64,000 nt of DNA, taken from positions 64,001-128,000 of the forward strand of contig JBDRNU010000015.1 of NCBI GenBank assembly GCA_043810775.1. The letters are read 5' to 3'. Within the stretch, counting starts at the first letter, position 1. Every line of letters starts with the position of its first letter. Under the pieces are notes generated by a model. That model worked only from the letters and a program-made list of their open reading frames with translations, was not told the DNA's origin and ran no database searches. The stretch is from an archaeon. GTDB lineage: Archaea; Nanobdellota; Nanobdellia; Pacearchaeales; GW2011-AR1. Both the position numbers and the translations under genes were made by a program. Of this stretch, positions 18,587 to 26,394 are shown one piece after another.

Positions 18587-18947
18587 ATTTTTCAGCTTCT
18601 TCAATAGAAATTATATTATCTTCTTTTCCAGGTTGATATTTATCTAGGATTTTAGTTTTAACTTCATTAAATGCTTCTTCAATATCTACATTTAATTGAT
18701 TAGCCAATCTGCATAATCCAAAAAACAAATCTCCAATTCCATCCCGAAATACTTCTTTATTCTCATAAACAATTTTAATCTTTTCTTCTTCTGATTTATA
18801 TCTTAAATACTGACTCATCTCTATTAACTCTTCGTGTAAATGATCAAATTTATCAATATTTGGATTATCTTGCCATCCATTCCTATTAGCAAATGCTTTA
18901 ACAAGCTCTTGTGCCTCTTTTATAGACTTAATATTCTTATTTTCCAT
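18579..18947 (-). CDS. MazG-like nucleotide pyrophosphohydrolase
   Basis: F...GW, L.EEL.E and D.IGD..F.L..LANQL.VD.EEA motifs. Confidence 0.8.
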   Translation of the reverse strand: MENKNIKSIKEAQELVKAFANRNGWQDNPNIDKFDHLHEELIEMSQYLRYKSEEEKIKIVYENKEVFRDGIGDLFFGLCRLANQLNVDIEEAFNEVKTKILDKYQPGKEDNIISIEEAEKSN

Positions 18948-19114
18948 AAATAAGCATCATTTACATAAATATAAATTTTTTGGAAAAATTTATAAACCCT
19001 CATTTTTTACTATTTATAACTACTTCTAATAATTAGGAGTCAGTTGGGCCAAGCAACTTCACAAGACTAAAATTAAGATAAATGATAAGTGAGGTTGCGA
19101 GTTGAGGATAAAAA

Positions 19115-19603
19115 ATGATTTATGTAATAAAAGTCACAACAAATAAAGAAGAAAAAGCAACTGAGATGATTATTGATAAAATCAAGAAAAAACAGTTACC
19201 AGTATATTCAGTTGCTCGCCCACATGGTTTAAGAGGTTATATTTTTTTAGAGGCACCAGAAAGAGACGTTGCTGAAGAAGCTGCTTTTAATCTACCTTAT
19301 GTCAAAGGAATTGTAGGCAAGACAGTTGAATATTCTGAAATTAAGAGTATGATTGAGCCTACAGTTGAACAGATAAATATTGAAAAAAATGATATTGTAG
19401 AAATAATAGGCGAACCTTTTAAAAAAGAAAAAGCAAAAGTTGTCAGAATAGACAAGCAAAAAGAAGAAGCCACAGTCACTTTATTAGGGGCAGCAATCCC
19501 AATTCCAGTTACAGTAAAACTAGATAATATTAAAGTTATAAGAAGAGAAGATAAAGACGATGAAGAAACTGATGAAAGTGAAGATGGGGGGAATCAAAAA
19601 TGA
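19115..19603 (+). CDS. spt5: Transcription elongation factor Spt5
   Basis: NGN domain (LRGYIFLE) plus KOW domain (DIVEII.EPFK.EKAKV..ID). Confidence 0.95.
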   Translation: MIYVIKVTTNKEEKATEMIIDKIKKKQLPVYSVARPHGLRGYIFLEAPERDVAEEAAFNLPYVKGIVGKTVEYSEIKSMIEPTVEQINIEKNDIVEIIGEPFKKEKAKVVRIDKQKEEATVTLLGAAIPIPVTVKLDNIKVIRREDKDDEETDESEDGGNQK

Positions 19604-20271
19604 TTGTAAAATTACTTGTTGATGGTGGAGACATGAAACCTGGCCCAGTAATTGGTCAAAAATTAGGCCCATTAGGAATTAATATTAATCAAGTAATGCA
19701 AAAAGTAAATGAAGCTACTAAGGATTTTAAGGGAATGAAAGTTCCGGTTGATCTAGAAGTTAATCCCTCGAATAAACAGTTTGAAGTAAAAGTATATTCT
19801 CCTCCAGTAGCGGAATTACTAAAAAAAGAGCTTAAACTAGAAAAAGGTTCAGGAGCCAGAAAAAAATTTATTATAGGAAATCTTGCAATTGAGCAAATAG
19901 TTTCTGTTGCCAAAATAAAGTATCCTAACATGATTGTCTCTAGCTTTAAAGCAGCAGTAAAATCAGTGGTTGGAAGCTGCATATCTCTTGGAATACTAAT
20001 TGAAAGTAAAGATCCACTTGAAGTAGAAAAGGAAATTGATCAAGGCATTTATGATAAAGAAATCGACAAACAAGTTATTGAAGTTAGCGAGGAAAAAAAG
20101 AAGCAACTTGAGGACTTTTTTGAAGATATAAAGTCAAAGCAAGATGTAATATTAAAGAAAGAAGCTGAGGAGAAAGCAGTTGAAGAAGACAAAAAAGCTG
20201 AGGCTGCTAAAACAGCTCCTAAACTAGAAGAAAAGAAAATAGAACAGAAAAAGCCAGAAGCTAAGAAGTAA
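19600..20271 (+). CDS. rpl11: 50S ribosomal protein L11 with charged C-terminal extension
   Basis: GG..KPGP.IG..LGPLG, FKGMKVPV and G.C.SLG motifs. Confidence 0.95.
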   Translation: MIVKLLVDGGDMKPGPVIGQKLGPLGININQVMQKVNEATKDFKGMKVPVDLEVNPSNKQFEVKVYSPPVAELLKKELKLEKGSGARKKFIIGNLAIEQIVSVAKIKYPNMIVSSFKAAVKSVVGSCISLGILIESKDPLEVEKEIDQGIYDKEIDKQVIEVSEEKKKQLEDFFEDIKSKQDVILKKEAEEKAVEEDKKAEAAKTAPKLEEKKIEQKKPEAKK

Positions 20272-20302
20272 ATTTATAAACTCTCTCAGCACTTTTATTT
20301 AA

Positions 20303-20376
20303 GGGGCTGTGGGGTAGCTTGGTTAGCCTTCGAGCTTTGGGAGCTTGTGACCCCGGTTCAAATCCGGGCAGCCCCA
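20303..20376 (+). tRNA. tRNA-Pro(UGG)
   Basis: Acceptor GGGGCTG/CAGCCCC, anticodon arm CGAGC-TTTGGGA-GCTTG and T-arm CCCGG-TTCAAAT-CCGGG. Confidence 0.95.
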
Positions 20377-20419
20377 TTCTTATAAAAGGAAAGTATTGGA
20401 AAAATATAGGTTGTTTAAA

Positions 20420-20644
20420 ATGGCCACTAAAACAAAAAAAATCAAACATGCTGGAAGGTTTGGAGCAGGATATGGTAAGAGGGTAAGAAAGAAATTAATA
20501 GGGGTAGAGTCCAAACAAAGAATAAAACAAACCTGCCCTTTCTGTAGCAGGAAGCCCGCAAAAAGAACTTCAAAAGGAATATGGGAATGTAAAAAATGTG
20601 GAAAGAAATTTGCCCACAACACTTTTCACTTAGGTGACTCTTAA
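20420..20644 (+). CDS. rpl37ae: 50S ribosomal protein L37ae (eL43)
   Basis: AGRFGAGYG, CPFC and GIWECKKCG motifs. ATG at 20420. Confidence 0.93.
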   Translation: MATKTKKIKHAGRFGAGYGKRVRKKLIGVESKQRIKQTCPFCSRKPAKRTSKGIWECKKCGKKFAHNTFHLGDS

Positions 20645-20685
20645 TTTTCAAATAAATTTATAAACACTAAATAATATATCTTAAA

Positions 20686-20823
20686 ATGGCTATATACAAA
20701 TGCTTTCAATGTGGTAAACAAGTTTCACATAAGGTTCTTGAAAAAAGATTTGTTTGTGCTACTTGTGGTGGAAAGATTTTCTATAAACCAAGAAAGAATA
20801 TAACTAAGATTAAAGCTATTTGA
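20686..20823 (+). CDS. rpoP: RNA polymerase subunit Rpo12/RpoP (not in ORF track)
   Basis: Translated by hand as MAIYKCFQCGKQVSHKVLEKRFVCATCGGKIFYKPRKNITKIKAI. Zn ribbon in the canonical position after L37ae. Confidence 0.9.
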   Translation: MAIYKCFQCGKQVSHKVLEKRFVCATCGGKIFYKPRKNITKIKAI

Positions 20824-20871
20824 TAAAATATCTTTAATAAGTTTAGCTAATAAATTTTTATTATCAGACAA

Positions 20872-21210
20872 ATGAAACTAGACAAAGAAACATCTGAAAA
20901 TTTGCAAGAATTGCAAGTATTAGAGCAAAATATGCAAGGATTTTTAATGCAAAAGCAGGCTTTTCAAATGGAACTTAATGAAACTGAGGCTGCTTTAGAA
21001 GAATTAAAGAAAGCTAAACCTAATGAGGTATATAGGATTCTTGGTCAAATAATGGTTAAAACTGAGAAAGATAAAGCAGAACAAGAGCTTGAAGACAAGA
21101 AAAACCTCCTTACCTTAAGATTAAAGTCAATAGAAAAGCAGGAAAAGTCAATTAAAGATAGAGTAGATTCTTTAAGAGAAAAAGTTACTAAGAAAATGAG
21201 TTCAAAGTAA
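20872..21210 (+). CDS. pfdB: Prefoldin beta subunit
   Basis: Coiled coil with ALEEL and a VYRILGQIMVK hairpin. Confidence 0.9.
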   Translation: MKLDKETSENLQELQVLEQNMQGFLMQKQAFQMELNETEAALEELKKAKPNEVYRILGQIMVKTEKDKAEQELEDKKNLLTLRLKSIEKQEKSIKDRVDSLREKVTKKMSSK

Positions 21211-21264
21211 TATATTTGTTTCTTCACCAAAATCTTTATATACTCATGCATTGTTGGATTTATT

Positions 21265-21645
21265 ATGGTGATTAAAAGTATAAAAAGTGGTCTTTCTAAT
21301 ATATTTAGTAGAACTGATGATGAGCCAGAATATATTGAGATTGATTTAGGTCAAGAAGCTAAAAAAAATAAAGTAATTGTAAGACCTTTTGTTCTTAAGA
21401 GTTTTGAAGATGTGGGGCATATTCTAGAAGTTCTGCGTGAAGGATATACTATTGCAGTAATTGATATAAAACCACTAAAAACCAAAGATATAATTGAACT
21501 GAAAAGAGCAGTTACAAAAGTAAAGAAAACAGCAGATGCTTTGGAGGGTTCTGTAGCTGGTTTTGGGGAAAATATGCTAATAGTTACCCCTCAATTTGCA
21601 GAAATCTACAAGGGACAGGCTCTTCCTAGAATAGAGAAGATTTAA
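21265..21645 (+). CDS. sepF: Cell division protein SepF
   Basis: EYIEID, L.SFED...I...LREG.I.VIDI.PL, ELKRA and LIVTP motifs. Confidence 0.88.
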   Translation: MVIKSIKSGLSNIFSRTDDEPEYIEIDLGQEAKKNKVIVRPFVLKSFEDVGHILEVLREGYTIAVIDIKPLKTKDIIELKRAVTKVKKTADALEGSVAGFGENMLIVTPQFAEIYKGQALPRIEKI

Positions 21646-21669
21646 TAAGGTATTTTTTTTCTGTCAATT

Positions 21670-22257
21670 ATGAAAGTACTATTTATTGAAGCTAAAAAAA
21701 AGTCTTTAGATGTAGATATAGACCTATCTAATCTACCTGCGAAAGTTCATATAGCTTATTCTATCCAATACAAAGACTTAGCTGAAAAAATCAAAAAAAA
21801 GCTGAAAAGTAGAGTTTCTGGCTTTTCTCAAGCTCTTGGATGCACAAAGCTAAATGCTAAGCACGCTATATTATTAGTTGGAAGTGGCAAGTTCCATGCT
21901 ATACAGCTTGCACTATCAACAAATAAACCAGTCTATATTCTTGAAGGCCCTAAAATAACTAAACTAGATGATTTAGAAGTTGAAAAATTCAAAACCCAAG
22001 TAAAAACCCAAAAACTCAAGTTTTTAAGTGCTAGCCAGGTAGGAATACTAATTTCAACTAAACCAGGTCAGCAAAACTTAAAAAAGGCGCTAAATTTAGC
22101 TAAAAAACTAAAGAAAAAATCCTACTTATTTCTTTTTGATACTCTAAATAAAGCAGATTTAGATAATTTTCCACTATCTTCTTGGATAAATACAGCCTGT
22201 CCTGCTATTATTCTTGATTCTAATAAGATAATCAACGCTGAAGAAATACAAATATAA
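21670..22257 (+). CDS. dph2: Diphthamide biosynthesis Dph2-like protein, N-terminally shortened
   Basis: SIQY, QALGC, GSGKFHA, GILISTKPGQ and NTACP motifs. Confidence 0.8.
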   Translation: MKVLFIEAKKKSLDVDIDLSNLPAKVHIAYSIQYKDLAEKIKKKLKSRVSGFSQALGCTKLNAKHAILLVGSGKFHAIQLALSTNKPVYILEGPKITKLDDLEVEKFKTQVKTQKLKFLSASQVGILISTKPGQQNLKKALNLAKKLKKKSYLFLFDTLNKADLDNFPLSSWINTACPAIILDSNKIINAEEIQI

Positions 22258-22322
22258 GTTAAAATCTATGTTCTATAACCGAAATCTTTATAAACCATCG
22301 TAACTCAAAAATCGTAACAAAA

Positions 22323-23951
22323 ATGAACAAAAAATTAAATTTTTTAGTGAGCATTTTAGCAATTGTACTACTAGCGAACTTTGTAACTGCAGCAACTTCT
22401 TTTAGTATTTCACCAACAACTTTGACATTTACCAACTCTAATACACAGACATTTACAATAACTAATACCAATTCTTCAGAATTGTTAAGTGTTATTTTAT
22501 CTCCAAGCCCATTTACAATGACTGTAGATGGTCAGAGTGTAACATTTAGCTTTACAGGAAATTTAACTGACATTAATTCAACAAGTACTATAACTATTGC
22601 TCCAGTCACACCTATAGATTTCTCTAGGTTAGACCTTGGAGACGCTTTTTCAAAGAATTTAGTTATTACTGATTCTAGTAATAGCTCAGAAAGCGTAACA
22701 GTTGCAGTACGAATTGAAGATAGCCAATTCTGCGAGTTCTCAGATAACGGGAACCTAGAAATGCAAATTGATAGCATCAATGCAAAAGGATTTGCTGAAG
22801 AAGATGATGAGTGGTACCCACTTGACGAAATTGAAGTAGATATAGACCTCGATAATAGGGGTAGTGAAGATATCAGAAATATTGAAATTGAATGGGTATT
22901 GCTAACTTCAGATGGTAAAGAAGTTATGGACGGAGACTTAGCTGACTTTAATCTTAAAGATGGAAACGATGATACAAAGACCTTCACCTTTAAAGTTGAC
23001 CCAAATGACTTAGAAGAAGGTGTAGAAGACTATGTATTATATGTCAGGGCTACTGGAGAAGACAAGGAATTTGACAGTAATGAGACTTGTGTAAGTGATT
23101 CACAAGACGTTAAAATTGTCTTAGAAAGTGACTTTGTTGTAATTGATCAAGATAGCCTGGAAATGCCAGAATCTTTATCTTGCGGCGGAAATTTAATAAT
23201 TTCTGCAGATGTCTGGAATATTGGTGAAGATGACCAAGATGAAGTCTCTGTAAGAATTTATAACAGTGAATTGGGAATTGATGAAATAGTTGAAGTAGGA
23301 GACATAGACGCATTTGACAAGGAACCACTTGACATATCAATTAAGTTGCCAGATGACGCAGCTGCAAAATCTTACAACATTAAGTTTGATGTCTTAGACG
23401 AAGACGGCGATGTGTATGAAAATGACAACGATGATAAATCTTCATTTACAGTTTCTCTTACTTTAGGAAACTGTGGTGCAAGTATTGATCAAGGTCAGGG
23501 TGTTTCAATATCTGCAAGTCTTCAATCAGAAGCTAAAGCAGGCGAACAACTAGTAATAAAAGCTACTTTGAGAAACACAGGCGACGAAGATACAACTTAT
23601 ACAGTATTTGTTACAGGCAATGAAGACTGGAGTAATTTAGACAAGATTGAACCACAGACACTTCAAATTAGTTCAGGTGAAAGCGAAACTGTTATGATCT
23701 ACCTTGATGTAGATGATGACGTTACAGGCGAGCAGACATTCAAGTTAAAAGCTGTTTTTGGCTCAGAAACCAAAGAACAGACAGTTTCAGTTAACATTGA
23801 AGGCGCTGGCGCAGGAACAGGTGGAGCTTTGACAGGATTTTCTGTAGCAGACAATATCAGAGAAAACTGGTTTATCTGGACAATTGTACTAGTGAACATA
23901 ATACTGATAATTTTAATTATCGTAGTAGCTACAAGAATTGCTAAAGGCTAA
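22323..23951 (+). CDS. Acidic surface / S-layer-like protein with Ig-like (CARDB-like) domains and C-terminal TM
   Basis: Signal peptide, repeated N.G..D beta-sandwich motifs, and a GGALTGFSV...ENWFIW plus TM tail. Confidence 0.75.
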   Translation: MNKKLNFLVSILAIVLLANFVTAATSFSISPTTLTFTNSNTQTFTITNTNSSELLSVILSPSPFTMTVDGQSVTFSFTGNLTDINSTSTITIAPVTPIDFSRLDLGDAFSKNLVITDSSNSSESVTVAVRIEDSQFCEFSDNGNLEMQIDSINAKGFAEEDDEWYPLDEIEVDIDLDNRGSEDIRNIEIEWVLLTSDGKEVMDGDLADFNLKDGNDDTKTFTFKVDPNDLEEGVEDYVLYVRATGEDKEFDSNETCVSDSQDVKIVLESDFVVIDQDSLEMPESLSCGGNLIISADVWNIGEDDQDEVSVRIYNSELGIDEIVEVGDIDAFDKEPLDISIKLPDDAAAKSYNIKFDVLDEDGDVYENDNDDKSSFTVSLTLGNCGASIDQGQGVSISASLQSEAKAGEQLVIKATLRNTGDEDTTYTVFVTGNEDWSNLDKIEPQTLQISSGESETVMIYLDVDDDVTGEQTFKLKAVFGSETKEQTVSVNIEGAGAGTGGALTGFSVADNIRENWFIWTIVLVNIILIILIIVVATRIAKG

Positions 23952-24009
23952 AGTTATTTAAACTATCTTTTTCTTATTTTTTTAGTAAGTAAAGCCGTAG
24001 GTATGCAGT

Positions 24010-24579
24010 ATGAAAAAGAGGATATTTAATATATTTTTAAGATATGTTATTCTTGTTTTAGCTGGGTTGTCAAATTTCTACATCTTTTACCTTATTTTTA
24101 CTCCCCTAACTATTTATCCTCTTTATTATCTGTTCAGTATATTCTTTGAAACTGAAATTTTGAAAAATGTTATTCTTGTAGGTAATTATGAAATCAAGAT
24201 GGTAGAAGCTTGTATTGCAGGAGCAGCTTATTATTTACTTTTTGCACTAAATCTCTCAACTCCTATGAATCTTAAAAAAAGAGCTTATGCCTTATTATTC
24301 ACTTTCTTTTCATTTTTTATTATAAATATACTTCGAGTTTTTATACTGACCTCTATTCTTGTAACATATGATAAAGCTATTTTTGACTTTGTCCACCTGT
24401 TTTTTTGGTATGTTTTTAGTACACTAGTAGTTGTTTTCTTATGGATTTTGACAGTAAAAGCTTATGAAATAAAAGCTATTCCAGCTTATACTGATATAAA
24501 GTTTATCTGGGATTTAGGAAAAGAGTCTCGATTAAAAAAGAAACTAAAAAAGAGCAAAAAATCCAAGACTCGCAAGTAA
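24010..24579 (+). CDS. Archaeosortase/exosortase family protein (pacearchaeosortase-like)
   Basis: Multi-TM protein with a Cys-Arg-His triad in ACIAG, NILR and FVH. Confidence 0.8.
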   Translation: MKKRIFNIFLRYVILVLAGLSNFYIFYLIFTPLTIYPLYYLFSIFFETEILKNVILVGNYEIKMVEACIAGAAYYLLFALNLSTPMNLKKRAYALLFTFFSFFIINILRVFILTSILVTYDKAIFDFVHLFFWYVFSTLVVVFLWILTVKAYEIKAIPAYTDIKFIWDLGKESRLKKKLKKSKKSKTRK

Positions 24580-25029
24580 TATAATTAATCCGGCAATTAT
24601 TACTCCAATTGAAATTGAAATTATACTCCTTTTTCTTTCCAAATCTAATAACCAAGCTATTAAGCATCCAGTCCAAGCCCCAGTCCCAGGCAATGGCACA
24701 GCTACAAATAAAGCTAAAACTATAAATTTCTGATAATAAACCTTATTATTTTCAATTTTATCTGCTTTTTTCCTTATTCTTAAAAGAAAATAGTTAAAGC
24801 CTTTTTTATAAAATTTTATTTTTAAGAAACTTTCATGCAAAAAATCCAAAAACAAGAAAATTAAAACTATTAATAAAATATTTATTAAAACTATTAATAA
24901 AAATATAGGGATTATCGGAAGATTATTAGTTTGCGCAAAATCAACAGCAAGAGGAAGGCCAACTCTTAGCTCTGTAACTGGCATTAGTGTAAAAATTATT
25001 GCTAAAATTAATTCACTTATATTTTGCAT
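24544..25029 (-). CDS. Small multi-drug export family membrane protein (COG2426-like)
   Basis: P.TELRVGLP and FVAVPLPGTGAWTG motifs. Confidence 0.85.
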   Translation of the reverse strand: MQNISELILAIIFTLMPVTELRVGLPLAVDFAQTNNLPIIPIFLLIVLINILLIVLIFLFLDFLHESFLKIKFYKKGFNYFLLRIRKKADKIENNKVYYQKFIVLALFVAVPLPGTGAWTGCLIAWLLDLERKRSIISISIGVIIAGLIILLASLGFFALF

Positions 25030-25030
25030 T

Positions 25031-25726
25031 TTAAACTTCCAGCCCTTTTGAATGAGCTGCTGAAGCTATTATAAATCTTTCTATGATTTGAGTATTCTCA
25101 CAATTAGATATACTTAGTTCATAGCAGTCTTCACTCACTCTCTTAATATTGCTGGTTTCTCCACTAGTTAAAATAATTACAGTGCTTCCTTTACTAAGCT
25201 TAACTCCTTTTTCATCAACTTCAAAAACCACACTTTTTCCCTCACAAGTAGCATAATTTAATTCCTTTTCTTCTGCAAGAGTTTTATTAGTAACAGCAAA
25301 CTCTGGCTCTATACCTGCTGCTCCTAAAAATTCAGAGAGCTGTGCAATTAATCTGAAGTTATCCCTGCACTCTTCAATACTTTGGTCAACTGAAATTAGG
25401 ACAGTATGCTGGAATATTATTTCACCATCTACAGGTATATATTCTAAATCTCTTGGGTCATTTCTTAAATAAATATTATAATTAGCTATAACATTTCCAG
25501 TTAAATCTGACATTGGAGTTCTAGCGTGATAAAGTGGAAGATTATCAAACATTATTTTTTCAAATTCCAAGCCTCCATAACTAAACTTTCTTGATTCTTT
25601 TACTATCAAAGCAGCCGAGAATATCCCTAAAATCATTACAGCCATGAAAATTCCTATAATTTTAATTTGCCTAGCTTGTTTTTCATTTGTTTTTTTATCA
25701 ACTTTTGCTTCTTCTGTATTATTCAT
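25031..25726 (-). CDS. Hypothetical single-TM membrane-anchored protein
   Basis: N-terminal TM, F.Y.G.EF and RNDP motifs. Resembles the adjacent gene. Confidence 0.6.
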   Translation of the reverse strand: MNNTEEAKVDKKTNEKQARQIKIIGIFMAVMILGIFSAALIVKESRKFSYGGLEFEKIMFDNLPLYHARTPMSDLTGNVIANYNIYLRNDPRDLEYIPVDGEIIFQHTVLISVDQSIEECRDNFRLIAQLSEFLGAAGIEPEFAVTNKTLAEEKELNYATCEGKSVVFEVDEKGVKLSKGSTVIILTSGETSNIKRVSEDCYELSISNCENTQIIERFIIASAAHSKGLEV

Positions 25727-25727
25727 T

Positions 25728-26300
25728 TTAAACTCCTAAAACTTTGTAAATAAATGCATCACTTGCTCTTAATATCTCTGAGCTCGGAGCATTTATAAGT
25801 ATACAATTTTCTTCCTTGCTAATCTCAATATTTTCACTGTATTTAATAATTATTATATTATCTGTACAGTTTTTATAAGGTAAATCCTCAGTGCAATTCT
25901 CAAAAAAGCAAACATCTTGTGTTTTATCTATAAAAAATTTCATATTCTGGTATATTTCAGATTTGGCAAGGCTATTTTCTGATGCAAAATAAAGATTTTT
26001 TCCAGTGTAGCTTTCTAATCTTACTATAGGTATAGTAATATTTTCTGTTTCTTCAGGATTATATCTTGTATAAAATTCATTGTCATTTTTAGAAAAATAC
26101 CAGTAGTTATTTTCTAACCTGAGGAACTCAACCCCATTTAAAGTCAGCTTATTATCTGTATCCTCACTATCTTCTCCAGTATTATAAAAAGCATATCCTG
26201 CAGTGCTGATTATTAAGATAATAACCATAAAAATCCCCAAAGCTATTTTCTTTATATTATCAGACTTTGCTTTTGAGTCCTTGGTCTCTATTTTTCTCAT
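25728..26300 (-). CDS. Hypothetical single-TM membrane-anchored protein
   Basis: N-terminal TM (ST.GYAF), NG.EF, YNPEE and D.FIY...G motifs. Confidence 0.6.
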   Translation of the reverse strand: MRKIETKDSKAKSDNIKKIALGIFMVIILIISTAGYAFYNTGEDSEDTDNKLTLNGVEFLRLENNYWYFSKNDNEFYTRYNPEETENITIPIVRLESYTGKNLYFASENSLAKSEIYQNMKFFIDKTQDVCFFENCTEDLPYKNCTDNIIIIKYSENIEISKEENCILINAPSSEILRASDAFIYKVLGV

Positions 26301-26346
26301 TAAATACTGTAAAAATCAAAGTTTAAAATACTTACTACTAGACATC

Positions 26347-26381
26347 AAAAAAAAAGAAAAAGGAAAGAAAAAATAAAAAAA
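26347..26381 (-). terminator. Oligo-T terminator after the S-layer gene
   Basis: Long T-rich tract on the minus strand directly after the stop at 26395. Confidence 0.6.
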
Positions 26382-26394
26382 TTGGTTTTCAAGT

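Noticed and set aside
20261-20651. Minus-strand ORFs 20261..20449, 20380..20622 and 20442..20651
   Set aside because: Antisense shadows of tRNA-Pro and rpl37ae.
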